Positions 9,699-18,922 of a stretch of 64,000 bases of DNA are shown here, one piece after another. A program made the translations under genes and the position numbers. The notes under the pieces are model-generated. The model had not been told where the DNA came from. It searched no databases and saw only the letters and a list, made by a program, of their open reading frames with translations. The DNA is taken from contig JBDSNB010000044.1 of assembly GCA_039915555.1 (NCBI GenBank), forward strand, positions 3,122 through 67,121, written 5' to 3'. How positions within the stretch are numbered: the stretch's first letter is position 1; each line of letters opens with the position of its first letter. Origin of the DNA: Chthoniobacterales bacterium. GTDB taxonomy: Bacteria; Verrucomicrobiota; Verrucomicrobiia; Chthoniobacterales; UBA10450.

Positions 9699-11600
9699 TT
9701 AGCGGCGTGGTTTGACGTAGGCTTCTTCCGCCGACGGCATCTCGAAGACGAGCGATCCGTCGTCGGCCGTCCCTAGAAAGCGCGCGCGGCGGGAACGTTT
9801 CGGCAATCCGAGCGTTCCCTCTGCGGGTTCGGCGGCTCGCACCTCCAGGCCGTTGATTCGTTTCACGCGCCTGCTGGAACGCGCGGCGCGGGTCGAATTC
9901 TCGACGGGCTGAGGTTCGTCCACCACCGGTTCAGCGCGGCGCACCTGCACGCCATCGAGTGTCGGGGGCGCGGGCCGGGTTGACGGACTCACGCTGGCTC
10001 GACTCTTTTTCGCCACCATCGGCGTCTCGGACACGACCGGAGCCTGGTCCACCACGGATGTCTCGGCTACCACCGGCGCCTCCGACCTTGTGGCAGGTTC
10101 CGCACGGAGCGGCTCTTCTTCTTCCGGCATGCGCACTTCCGCGGACGCCCGCGTCTGGGTCACGACGGGTTCCGGCGTGGTCGTGGGCGGAGGGGCGGAA
10201 ATCTCCGCGCGGCTCGTCGTGGGTGGCGCGGCGGTTTCGCGTTTCGCAATCACGGGCTCAGGCGGCGGTGCGGTCACGGGCCCCACAGAAGGCGCGGCCT
10301 TAGCCAGAACGCGTGCAGGCTCCTGTGGGGGAGGCAATACCGTGGTCGGCGGCACCTCCGGCTCTGGCGTGGTCTGGGCAGAAGACGGCGGATCCACGGC
10401 CACCACTTGAGTGGCCTCGACATCCGGAACAGTCTCGGGTGCGGGCGGAGCTTCTGCGACAGACGCCACCGCGGCCGTCGGCGCGGGCACCGGCCTGGTC
10501 AGCGCATTCGGCGGCACGCCCGCCTCCGCCAACTCCTCGTTAATCGCCGGGGCCCGCTTCTCTGGCACACCGATCGGAACGCCGATCGGTTCGTTCCTGC
10601 TTGCGGCCACCGATTGTCCCGGGCGTAAATTATTGCGCCAAAAAGCGGTCGCCACCGTCGCGAGCAAAAGAACCAATGCCGCGATCGTCAATGGCCGCCA
10701 CGGAATCCTGCCACCCGCCTCCTTCTTGACCGCAGGCTTGGGGGCTTCCACCGCCACGCCAAACTTTCGCCCGATCGCTTCGCGCCGTTCCGCCCCCTCC
10801 AGACAGTCACGGATGCGATCCTGCAACATCACGGGATCGTGTGGTCGCTCATCGTGATTCCGCGCCATCATTTCCTCGATCAACCGCATCACCGGCTTCG
10901 ACAAACCGCTCACCTCCGTGGCGCCGGCGCCACCGGTCGGGGGCGTGCCCGTGAGCAGAAACAAGAGCGTGGCTCCGAGAGAATAAATCTCCGAACGGAA
11001 ATCGGCCCGGCGGTTTTGCAGTTGTTCCGGGCTGGCGAAGTGCGCGGCAAACTCCGGTTCCGCGGCCGCAAACTGCGAGCCTGTGAAGGTAGGCGCCACT
11101 CCGACCAGGCTCAAAACCTTCACCAGCGGCCACTCACCCTGCGCGGTCTGGCCCGGCACCAGGAGAATGTTTCGGGGATTGATCGCCCCGTGCACGATGT
11201 TTTGAAACGCGGCCGCAGCGAGCGCACTGACCACTTGCGCCCCGATGCGCAAGGTCGGCCCGACCGGCATCGGGCCGCAGGTCGTCACCCATTCTTCCGC
11301 AGAGGTGCCGTCCGCGTATTCCGAGGCATAGACGAGATGCTCCCCTTCTCGAGCGAAAGCGTGCAGCTTTGGCAGATTAATGTGCGCGATCTCTTTCGCG
11401 CCAGCAGCTTCCCTTTCCAGTTGTTCCAAAATCTTCGGCGACAAGCCGCCCGTCGGAACCACCTCCAGCGCCACCTCTTCACCGGACCCGAGATCCTCCG
11501 CCTTGTAGGTCACGGTCTCGCCGCTCCGGCGAATCACCACGGGGGTGCCCGTTTCGTCCGCGAGCACGCGGTAGCGATCCAGATAAGTTATTTGATTCAT
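9699..11600 (-). CDS. membrane-anchored Ser/Thr-protein-kinase-like protein, predicted pseudokinase, with a long Pro/Ala/Val/Thr-rich extracytoplasmic region
   Basis: Kinase-fold landmarks are present (ASPE, EIYSLGATLLFLLTG) but the catalytic residues are replaced. The VAIK Lys reads VALEVV, HRDLKPEN reads HGAINPRN, and DFG reads SLVG. A TM segment follows (LTIAALVLLLATVATAFW), then about 300 aa of low-complexity sequence. Confidence 0.75.
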   Translation of the reverse strand: MNQITYLDRYRVLADETGTPVVIRRSGETVTYKAEDLGSGEEVALEVVPTGGLSPKILEQLEREAAGAKEIAHINLPKLHAFAREGEHLVYASEYADGTSAEEWVTTCGPMPVGPTLRIGAQVVSALAAAAFQNIVHGAINPRNILLVPGQTAQGEWPLVKVLSLVGVAPTFTGSQFAAAEPEFAAHFASPEQLQNRRADFRSEIYSLGATLLFLLTGTPPTGGAGATEVSGLSKPVMRLIEEMMARNHDERPHDPVMLQDRIRDCLEGAERREAIGRKFGVAVEAPKPAVKKEAGGRIPWRPLTIAALVLLLATVATAFWRNNLRPGQSVAASRNEPIGVPIGVPEKRAPAINEELAEAGVPPNALTRPVPAPTAAVASVAEAPPAPETVPDVEATQVVAVDPPSSAQTTPEPEVPPTTVLPPPQEPARVLAKAAPSVGPVTAPPPEPVIAKRETAAPPTTSRAEISAPPPTTTPEPVVTQTRASAEVRMPEEEEPLRAEPATRSEAPVVAETSVVDQAPVVSETPMVAKKSRASVSPSTRPAPPTLDGVQVRRAEPVVDEPQPVENSTRAARSSRRVKRINGLEVRAAEPAEGTLGLPKRSRRARFLGTADDGSLVFEMPSAEEAYVKPRR

Positions 11601-11777
11601 AAAGCAGGATGAAAAAGGGGGATGCTCCTCTAATTCAATCGAAAGCGCAGAGTTCCGGGAGCGTAAGTTTGGACAAGAATTTCTAGAAAAAATTCAATCG
11701 CATCTCGTTCCCCGACTGGCGTTCGCGAGAGTTTGCGCTCGCCCTCCTCCCCGGAGTTGCAGGAAACTGGAGAAGAC

Positions 11778-13040
11778 ATGGTTACGAAGAATCTTCTCGA
11801 CCCCTTGCGCACCATCGCCGAGCTGAAAGAACTGCGCGCGCTCACCGGCGACGACAACGGAGCCCAGCGCGTCGCCTTCACCGGCCTCTGGGCCGGCGCG
11901 CGCGAGTGGCTCCTGCGAAAGCTCGAGCAAATCCCCGCCGAGACGCATCGCGACGAAGCCGGCAACCTTTGGGCCACCCTGCGCGGGAAATCCGAGAAGG
12001 CGCTCCTCATCGGCGGCCACATCGACAGCGTCCCAAATGGCGGCTGGCTCGACGGTTGCCTGAACACGCTCGCCGGGGTCGAGATCCTGCGCCGCATCCA
12101 TGCCCAATACGACGGCCAACCCCCCGTTACCGTCCGCCTCGTCGATTGGGCCGATGAAGAAGGCGCGCGTTTCGGCAAGAGTCTCTTCGGTTCCTCCGCC
12201 TGCTCCGGGAATCTCGACATGGACGAAGCGCGGGTCTTGAAAGATCACGACGGCCTCGCCCTGCCCGAAGCGCTGCGCGCACACAAGATCGACTTCGAAC
12301 GCGTGAAAAATTGCGGCCAGGAACTACAAACCGCCGCCGCCTACCTCGAGTTGCACATCGAGCAAGGCCCCGTCCTCCTCGATCTCGACCTCCCGTTAGG
12401 CACCGTCCTCGGCACCTTCGGAGTCGAGCGTCACGCCATTACTTTCCACGGGCAGGCCGCGCATTCCGGCAGCACCCCCATGCATCGCCGGAAAGACGCC
12501 TTCCTCGCCGCCGCGAAAATGAGCCCGGAAATCTACCGCATCACAGAGGCCCACGGCGGCGTCTGCACCATCGGCTCCTGCACCACCAAGCCCGGCATCG
12601 TCACCAGCGTAGTCGAGGAATGCCGCATTACCCTCGATCAACGCCACCTCGACCCGGCCGCCCTCGCCCGCATGCTCCAGGCCGCGCGCGAAGCCAGCGA
12701 ACGCTTCGCCCAGGAAGGCAACGTCACCGTCTCTTGGGAACGTCTCTGGCAAATCGAGCCCATCCTGTTTAACGAAGACCTCATCGCGATGAGCGACGCC
12801 GCCATCACCGACGCCGGCGCCAAAGCCCACCGTCTCCCCTCCGGCCCACTGCACGACGCCGCCGAAGTCGCCCGCGCCGGCGTGCCCACCATCATGATGT
12901 TCGTGCAAAGCCTGCACGGCCTCAGCCACAATAAAATCGAGGACACGAAGGAAGAACACCTCGCAATGGCCGTCACCGCTTTCGATAAATTAGCCGACAA
13001 AGCGATCACCTGGATCGCGGAGTCGCGATGGATGAAGTGA
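11778..13040 (+). CDS. M20-family amidohydrolase of the allantoate amidohydrolase / N-carbamoyl-amino-acid (beta-ureidopropionase, AmaB/Pyd3-type) group
   Basis: Motifs TGDDNGAQRVAFT, IGGHIDSVPNGGWLDG and FHGQAAHSGSTPM. I prefer the ATG at 11778, preceded by GGAGAAG, over the upstream TTG at 11733. The gene sits in the pyrimidine-degradation cluster. Confidence 0.8.
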   Translation: MVTKNLLDPLRTIAELKELRALTGDDNGAQRVAFTGLWAGAREWLLRKLEQIPAETHRDEAGNLWATLRGKSEKALLIGGHIDSVPNGGWLDGCLNTLAGVEILRRIHAQYDGQPPVTVRLVDWADEEGARFGKSLFGSSACSGNLDMDEARVLKDHDGLALPEALRAHKIDFERVKNCGQELQTAAAYLELHIEQGPVLLDLDLPLGTVLGTFGVERHAITFHGQAAHSGSTPMHRRKDAFLAAAKMSPEIYRITEAHGGVCTIGSCTTKPGIVTSVVEECRITLDQRHLDPAALARMLQAAREASERFAQEGNVTVSWERLWQIEPILFNEDLIAMSDAAITDAGAKAHRLPSGPLHDAAEVARAGVPTIMMFVQSLHGLSHNKIEDTKEEHLAMAVTAFDKLADKAITWIAESRWMK

Positions 13041-13259
13041 GGGTGAGCACGGGCTCCGTTTGGGTATGCAGCATGCGTCCCGATTGCCGCGGACGACGCA
13101 GCGCGCGCACGATCAGCCCTTCACCCGCTCCGGTGCGCTAAGGCGGTCGAGTCTCGTTCTCGTCGGACCAAGCTTGGTTCGCTGGCGCCGCGCCCTTGAA
13201 GTTTTGTATCGAATTTCGGGTCCACGTTCGTTATACCGGACGGCCTAACACCTCCACGT

Positions 13260-14396
13260 ATGCCTACGCTCGCCACCACCGTCGACGGTCTCAAGCTTCC
13301 GAATCCTTTCATCATCGGTTCAGGCCCTCCCGGCACGAACCTCAATGTCATCAGCCGCGCCTTTCGTGAAGGTTGGGGCGCGGTGATCGCGAAGACGGTC
13401 AGCTTGGATTCGTCCAAGGTCGTGAATGTCGCGCCGCGTTACGCGAAGCTGCACGCGAACGAAGGGAGGGAAGTGATCGGCTGGGAAAACATCGAGCTGA
13501 TCAGCGACCGGAAGTTCGAGATCTGGCTCGATGAATTCAAGAAGTGCAAGGACATGCACCCGGACGGCGTGCTCATCGCGTCGATCATGGAGGAGTATAA
13601 CAAGGACGCGTGGGTCGAGATCGTGGAACGCTGCGAAGGCGCGGGGGTGGATTCTTTCGAGCTGAATTTCTCCTGCCCGCACGGTTTGCCGGAGCGGAAG
13701 ATGGGTGCGGCGATGGGCGAGAACCCGGAGATCGTGGCGGAGGTGAGCGGCTGGGTGATGTCGGCCGCGAAGAAGCCGGTCTGGGCGAAGATGACGCCGA
13801 ACGTGACGCGCATCACGGAGCCGAGCCGTGCGGCCTTCCGCGGTGGCTGCCAGGGCGTGGCGGCGATCAATACGATTCGCAGCGTGATGGGAGTGAACCT
13901 CGACACCTTACGGCCCGAGCCGACGGTGGAGGGTTTCACGACGCCGGGCGGCTATTCTTCCAAGGCCGTCCGCCCGATCGCGCTCCGCATGGTGATGGAA
14001 ATCGCGACCATGATCCGGAATGAATTTCCGGGCCGCAGCCTGTCGGGCATTGGCGGGATCGAAAGCGGCGGCGATGCGGCGCAATTCATCTTGTTAGGCG
14101 CAGACACGACGCAGGTCTGCACGGGCGTGATGAAGTTCGGCTACGAAAGCGTGAAACGGATGTGCGACGAGCTGCTCGCCTTCATGGAGAAACACAAATT
14201 CGAGACGCTGGCGGATTTCAAAGGCAAGAGCCTGGATTATTTCACAACCCACGCCGAGTTGGTGCGGATGCAGGGCGAACGGAAAGCGAAGGACAAAGCC
14301 GAAGCCGAAGACGCCGCGGCCAGGAAGATGGTGCGCGCCGACAGCGAGTGGAGCGGCGATGAGTTTGTGAAGCAATCGGACGCGCTCGCGCGATAG
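13260..14396 (+). CDS. dihydropyrimidine dehydrogenase-like FMN (DHOD/DPD domain IV, PreA-like) protein lacking the ferredoxin tail
   Basis: LKLPNPFIIGSGPPGT and the DPD catalytic-Cys motif ELNFSCPHGLPE are present, along with GIGGIESGGDA. The C-terminus is a Lys/Glu/Ala-rich segment with no CxxCxxCxxxC motifs. Confidence 0.8.
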   Translation: MPTLATTVDGLKLPNPFIIGSGPPGTNLNVISRAFREGWGAVIAKTVSLDSSKVVNVAPRYAKLHANEGREVIGWENIELISDRKFEIWLDEFKKCKDMHPDGVLIASIMEEYNKDAWVEIVERCEGAGVDSFELNFSCPHGLPERKMGAAMGENPEIVAEVSGWVMSAAKKPVWAKMTPNVTRITEPSRAAFRGGCQGVAAINTIRSVMGVNLDTLRPEPTVEGFTTPGGYSSKAVRPIALRMVMEIATMIRNEFPGRSLSGIGGIESGGDAAQFILLGADTTQVCTGVMKFGYESVKRMCDELLAFMEKHKFETLADFKGKSLDYFTTHAELVRMQGERKAKDKAEAEDAAARKMVRADSEWSGDEFVKQSDALAR

Positions 14397-14461
14397 TCTA
14401 CACCGCGGATGACGAAACTCCCGTCTGCGCGCTTCGCGTAACCCCGCGGTTTTTATATTTT

Positions 14462-15943
14462 ATGACACCCTGCCCCTCCTTCATCGCCGGCGAATGGCGC
14501 ACCGCCCACGGCAACGGCACCTCGCCGGTGTTTAACCCATCGCGCGGCGAGACCATCGCGGAAGTCCCGATGTGCGGTGCTGACGTCGTGAACGACGCGG
14601 TCGAAGCCGCGGCGGCCGCCTTTCCCGCCTGGCGCGACACGCCGCCCGTGGAGCGCGCGCGGCTCTTCTTTCGCTATCGCCAACTGATCGAGGAAAACTT
14701 CGATCGCATCTGCGCGAGCGTTTCGCGCGAGCACGGCAAGACGCTGGCGGAAGCGCGCGGCAGCGTCTTCCGCGGGATCGAGAATATCGAATACGCGTGC
14801 AGCGCGCCGACCCTCCTGATGGGCGATACGCTGGAGAACCTGGCGCGCGGAGTGGATTGCGAAACGATGCATCAACCGCTCGGCGTTTGCGTGGGCATCA
14901 CGCCCTTCAACTTCCCGGCGATGGTGCCGATGTGGATGTTCCCGCTCGCGCTCGTGTGTGGAAACACGTTTGTGCTCAAGCCGAGCGAGAAGGTGCCGCT
15001 GACCGTGGTGCTGTTGATCGAGTTGCTCGAAAAGGCGGGTCTGCCGAAAGGCGTCCTCAACGTCGTGCACGGCGGCCGCGAGTGTGTGGATGCGTTGCTG
15101 ACGCATCCGAAAGTGCGGGCGATTTCGTTTGTCGGTTCGTCGCCGGTGGCGAAATACATTTTCGAAACCGGCACGCGGCACGGGAAACGCGTGCAGGCCA
15201 ACGGCGGCGCGAAGAATTACATCGTGGTGATGCCGGATGCCGACATGGCGCAAACCGTGGACGCGCTCAGTACCGCGGCCTTCGGTTGTGCGGGCGAACG
15301 TTGCATGGCGGGTTCGACCGCGATCACGGTCGGCCAGGCGGCGGAGCATCTGCTGCCGTCGCTCGTGGAAGCGGCGCGCGCGATTCGCGTGGGACCGACC
15401 GATCGCGAGGCGCAACCGGACATGGGCCCGGTGATCACCGCGCAACATCGCGAGCGGGTGCTCGATTTGCTCGCGGGCGGGGAGAAGGAAGGCGCGAAGA
15501 TTATCGCGGATGGACGCGGCGCGAAAGTGGACGACGCGCCGAATGGCTTTTATCTCGGCGCGACGATCGTGGACGAGGTGCAGAACGAAATGACGATCGC
15601 GCGCGAGGAAGTTTTCGGTCCGGTTTTAAACGTGATGCGGATGGACGATCTCGATCACGCGATTGCACTCGCGAACCAGTCCGCCTACGGCAACGGCGCC
15701 GCGATTTTCACCAACTCAGGGAAAGCGGCTCGCGAGTTCAAGCATCGTGTGAAGGCGGGCATGGTGGGGATCAACGTGGGCGTGCCGGCGACGATGGCGA
15801 TGTTTCCGTTTACTGGATGGGATGAATCGTTCTACGGCGATCTCCACATCCAGGGAAAGGAAGGCGTGCAGTTTTACACGCAGCAGAAGGTCGTAAGCAC
15901 GCGGTGGTTTGGTGAGGGCGTGGGCGACGTGTGGAAGAAGTAG
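14462..15943 (+). CDS. mmsA: CoA-acylating methylmalonate/malonate-semialdehyde dehydrogenase
   Basis: An aldehyde dehydrogenase fold with the MmsA-typical N-terminus (FIAGEW...VFNPSRGETIAEVP) and active-site region FGCAGERCMA. Confidence 0.9.
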   Translation: MTPCPSFIAGEWRTAHGNGTSPVFNPSRGETIAEVPMCGADVVNDAVEAAAAAFPAWRDTPPVERARLFFRYRQLIEENFDRICASVSREHGKTLAEARGSVFRGIENIEYACSAPTLLMGDTLENLARGVDCETMHQPLGVCVGITPFNFPAMVPMWMFPLALVCGNTFVLKPSEKVPLTVVLLIELLEKAGLPKGVLNVVHGGRECVDALLTHPKVRAISFVGSSPVAKYIFETGTRHGKRVQANGGAKNYIVVMPDADMAQTVDALSTAAFGCAGERCMAGSTAITVGQAAEHLLPSLVEAARAIRVGPTDREAQPDMGPVITAQHRERVLDLLAGGEKEGAKIIADGRGAKVDDAPNGFYLGATIVDEVQNEMTIAREEVFGPVLNVMRMDDLDHAIALANQSAYGNGAAIFTNSGKAAREFKHRVKAGMVGINVGVPATMAMFPFTGWDESFYGDLHIQGKEGVQFYTQQKVVSTRWFGEGVGDVWKK

Positions 15944-15950
15944 GAGTTTG

Positions 15951-16021
15951 GGCCACGGGATGAAACACGTTTTTTTCCTTCTGCTTCTCACATCCGTGTT
16001 TCATCCGTGTCTCTCCGTGGC
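15951..16021. repeat. long imperfect intergenic hairpin / REP-like element containing CATCCGTGT repeats
   Basis: GCCACGG (15952-15958) pairs with CCGTGGC (16015-16021). GATGAAACACG (15959-15969) pairs with CGTGTTTCATC (15995-16005). The right arm carries tandem (T)CATCCGTGT units. The element lies between the mmsA stop (15943) and the dihydropyrimidinase start (16037). Confidence 0.4.
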
Positions 16022-16036
16022 TAGATCAATTTCTTT

Positions 16037-17419
16037 ATGTCCCTATTGATCAAAAACGGCGAGATCGTAACCGGCGACGCGCGCTACGTAGCCGATATTT
16101 TTTGCGCCGGCGAAACCATAACGGAGATCGGCCCGAATCTCAACGCGCCGAGCGGTGCGGAAGTGATCGACGCGACGGGGAAATACGTTTTTCCCGGCTT
16201 CATCGATCCGCACACGCACATCTATCTGCCGTTCATGGGCGCGTTCGCGAAGGACACTTACGAGACGGCGAGCAAGGCCGCGTTGGTCGGCGGAACGACC
16301 ACGATTTTTGAGATGGTCTGCCCGTCGCGCGAGATGAGCGCGGCGGACGGCTTCCGGCTTTGGCAGGAACAGGCAGCCGGGAAGTCGGCTTGCGATTACA
16401 CCTATCACATGGGCGTGACGCGTTTCGATGCGGCGAACGCCGCGCAGTTGCGCGAGATCGTGGCGGCCGGCATCACGTCGTTCAAGATCTTCCTGGCGTA
16501 CAAAGGCGCGTTCGGGATCGACGACACCGAGCTCTATCACACCCTCAAGCTGGCGAAAGAGCTGGGCGTAATCGTGACCGCGCATTGCGAAAACGAGACG
16601 CTTGTGGCGGAGCGCCAGAAGGAGTTGCTGACCGCTGGCCTGACGGGTCCGGAGCAACATCATGCCAGCCGGCCGCCCCTCGTTGAAGCGGAAGGCGTGC
16701 ATCATTTGATGACGTTTGCGGAGCTGACCGGCGCGCAGGTTTACATCGTGCATCTCAGTTGCGAAGAGGCGCTGCGCGAGGCGCTCGCGGCGCGGCAGCG
16801 CGGCGTCGATGTCTCGATTGAGACGCTGATCCAATATCTCGTGCTCGATAAGAGCTACGCGGAGCAGGCGGATTTCGAAGGCGCAAAGTTTGTCATGTCG
16901 CCGCCGTTGCGGGACAAGCGCAATCAAGAGGTAATGTGGAACGGATTGCGCGTCGGCGACATTCAAACCGTCGGAACGGATCACGCGCCGTTTGATTTCC
17001 AAACGCAGAAGCCGATGGGCCGCGACGATTTCACGAAGATCCCGAACGGGATCCCAGCGCTCGAAGAACGCGTGAATCTGCTCTTCACTCGTGGCGTGAA
17101 AACCGGGAAGCTGGATTTGCAGAAGTTTGTAAATGTCGCGAGCACGAACGCGGCGAAGATTTTCGGATTGTATCCGCGGAAGGGCGCGATCGCGGTGGGT
17201 TCCGATGCCGACCTGGTGATTTACGATCCGGATTATCGCGGCACCATCTCGGCGAAAACGCAGCTTATGAATGTGGACTACAGCGCGTTTGAGGGCTGGG
17301 AAATCGAAGGGCGGCCGAGCGTGGTGACGGTGCGCGGCGAGGTCGCGGTGCGCGCTGGAAAATTTGTCGGCACGATCGGGCGTGGACGAATGTTGCAACG
17401 CAGTCCGCTGCGCGACTGA
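16037..17419 (+). CDS. dihydropyrimidinase (D-hydantoinase)
   Basis: A cyclic amidohydrolase: LLIKNGEIVT, GFIDPHTHIYLPFMG (metal-binding HxH), FKIFLAYKG (carboxylated Lys), VTAHCEN and GTDHAPF. Confidence 0.9.
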   Translation: MSLLIKNGEIVTGDARYVADIFCAGETITEIGPNLNAPSGAEVIDATGKYVFPGFIDPHTHIYLPFMGAFAKDTYETASKAALVGGTTTIFEMVCPSREMSAADGFRLWQEQAAGKSACDYTYHMGVTRFDAANAAQLREIVAAGITSFKIFLAYKGAFGIDDTELYHTLKLAKELGVIVTAHCENETLVAERQKELLTAGLTGPEQHHASRPPLVEAEGVHHLMTFAELTGAQVYIVHLSCEEALREALAARQRGVDVSIETLIQYLVLDKSYAEQADFEGAKFVMSPPLRDKRNQEVMWNGLRVGDIQTVGTDHAPFDFQTQKPMGRDDFTKIPNGIPALEERVNLLFTRGVKTGKLDLQKFVNVASTNAAKIFGLYPRKGAIAVGSDADLVIYDPDYRGTISAKTQLMNVDYSAFEGWEIEGRPSVVTVRGEVAVRAGKFVGTIGRGRMLQRSPLRD

Positions 17420-17437
17420 CAAGGAACGCGCCACCGC

Positions 17438-18922
17438 ATGCCCTTGTCCTCCGCACCGCAGAGAAAAGACACTTTCGCGCGGGACGCAGCGCTGACGAAC
17501 GAAGACCTCGCGCCGATTCCGCCGGAGCGGCAAACGTGGACGAAATGGAACATCGCCGCGCTCTGGGTGGGAATGAGCGTCTGCATTCCGACCTACATGC
17601 TGGCGTCGTCGCTCATCACCGGCGGGATGAATTGGTGGCAGGCCATCCTGACGGTCTTCCTCGGCAACCTCATCGTGCTGATACCGATGGTGCTGAACGC
17701 GCACGCGGGGACGAAATACGGCATCACATTTCCGGTTTTCGCGCGGGCCTCGTTCGGCATCCTGGGCGCGAATGTGCCGGCGATTCTGCGTGCGATTGTG
17801 GCCTGCGGCTGGTTCGGCATTCAAACCTGGATCGGCGGTTGGGCCATTTACAAGCTCGCGCTCGTGGCGTGGCCCGCGCTCGGCGGCAGCGTGATGCTCG
17901 GTTTTCTCGGCATCAACGCGGCGCAGCTCATTTGCTTCCTGCTTTTCTGGACGCTGAACGTCTGGATTTTCTGGCGCGGGATGGAGAGCATCCGCGTGAT
18001 CGAAGATTGGGGCGCGCCGCTCTTGTTGCTCATCGGCGTCGCCTTGCTGATCTGGGCGTACCGCAAAGCGGGCGGCTTCGGGCCGATGCTGACGCAGCCT
18101 TCGAAGTTCAAAACGGCGGGCGAGTTTTGGAGCTTCTTCGTGCCTGGCCTCACCGGCATGGTCGGCTTTTGGGCCACGCTTTCGTTAAACATCCCTGACT
18201 TCAGCCGTTTCGCGCGCAGTCAAAAAGATCAGGTCTTCGGCCAGGCGCTCGGGCTTAATCTGACGATGCCGTTCTACGCTTTCATCGGCGTGGCCGTGAC
18301 CAGCGCCACGGTGGTGATCTTCGGCGAGACGATCTGGGATCCGATCGAGCTCATGTCGCGTTTCGACAGCGTCGGCTTGATGCTGGTGGCGATGTTCGCG
18401 CTCACGCTCGCCACGCTGACGACCAATCTCGCGGCCAACGTGGTCGCGCCCGCGATTTCGTTTTCCAATCTGGCGCCGCGTTATATCAGCCGGCGCGCCG
18501 GGGGAATCATCACCGGGCTCATCGGCATTTTGATGATGCCGTGGAAATTGGTGGCCGATCCGACGGGTTACATTTTCACCTGGCTGATTGGTTACTCCGC
18601 ATTGCTCGGGCCGGTCGGCGGGATCTTGATCTGCGATTATTTTCTGATTCGGCGCACGCAACTGAACGCGCGCGACCTCTTCCGACGCGAGGGCGAATAC
18701 ACTTACAGCGGCGGATTTAATCTGGTCGCGCTGCTCGCGCTCGTGCTCGGGGTTGCGCCGAGCGTCCCCGGTTTCTTGGGCACGATCGGCGCCGTCGCGC
18801 CGGACGCGGTGGGGACCTTTTGGATGGGACTTTATAGCTACGCGTGGTTTATCGGCTTCGCGGTGGCGCTTCTTGCCTACTGGATTGGCATGCGTATACA
18901 GCCCCCTCGCGCTCGAATATGA
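17438..18922 (+). CDS. NCS1-family nucleobase/hydantoin:cation symporter
   Basis: N-terminus [33 protein letters not shown] and 12 TM segments, typical of the cytosine/uracil/allantoin permease family. Confidence 0.85.
   Translation: MPLSSAPQRKDTFARDAALTNEDLAPIPPERQTWTKWNIAALWVGMSVCIPTYMLASSLITGGMNWWQAILTVFLGNLIVLIPMVLNAHAGTKYGITFPVFARASFGILGANVPAILRAIVACGWFGIQTWIGGWAIYKLALVAWPALGGSVMLGFLGINAAQLICFLLFWTLNVWIFWRGMESIRVIEDWGAPLLLLIGVALLIWAYRKAGGFGPMLTQPSKFKTAGEFWSFFVPGLTGMVGFWATLSLNIPDFSRFARSQKDQVFGQALGLNLTMPFYAFIGVAVTSATVVIFGETIWDPIELMSRFDSVGLMLVAMFALTLATLTTNLAANVVAPAISFSNLAPRYISRRAGGIITGLIGILMMPWKLVADPTGYIFTWLIGYSALLGPVGGILICDYFLIRRTQLNARDLFRREGEYTYSGGFNLVALLALVLGVAPSVPGFLGTIGAVAPDAVGTFWMGLYSYAWFIGFAVALLAYWIGMRIQPPRARI

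Noticed and set aside
16043-17824. 593-aa minus-strand ORF
   Set aside because: It is a shadow ORF antisense to the dihydropyrimidinase and NCS1 permease genes, with an Arg-rich, motif-free translation. The same reasoning applies to 7129..8268, 14453..15448, 18185..18928, 18877..19755, 38529..40172, 45689..46846, 54852..55949, 59571..60812 and similar long antisense ORFs.
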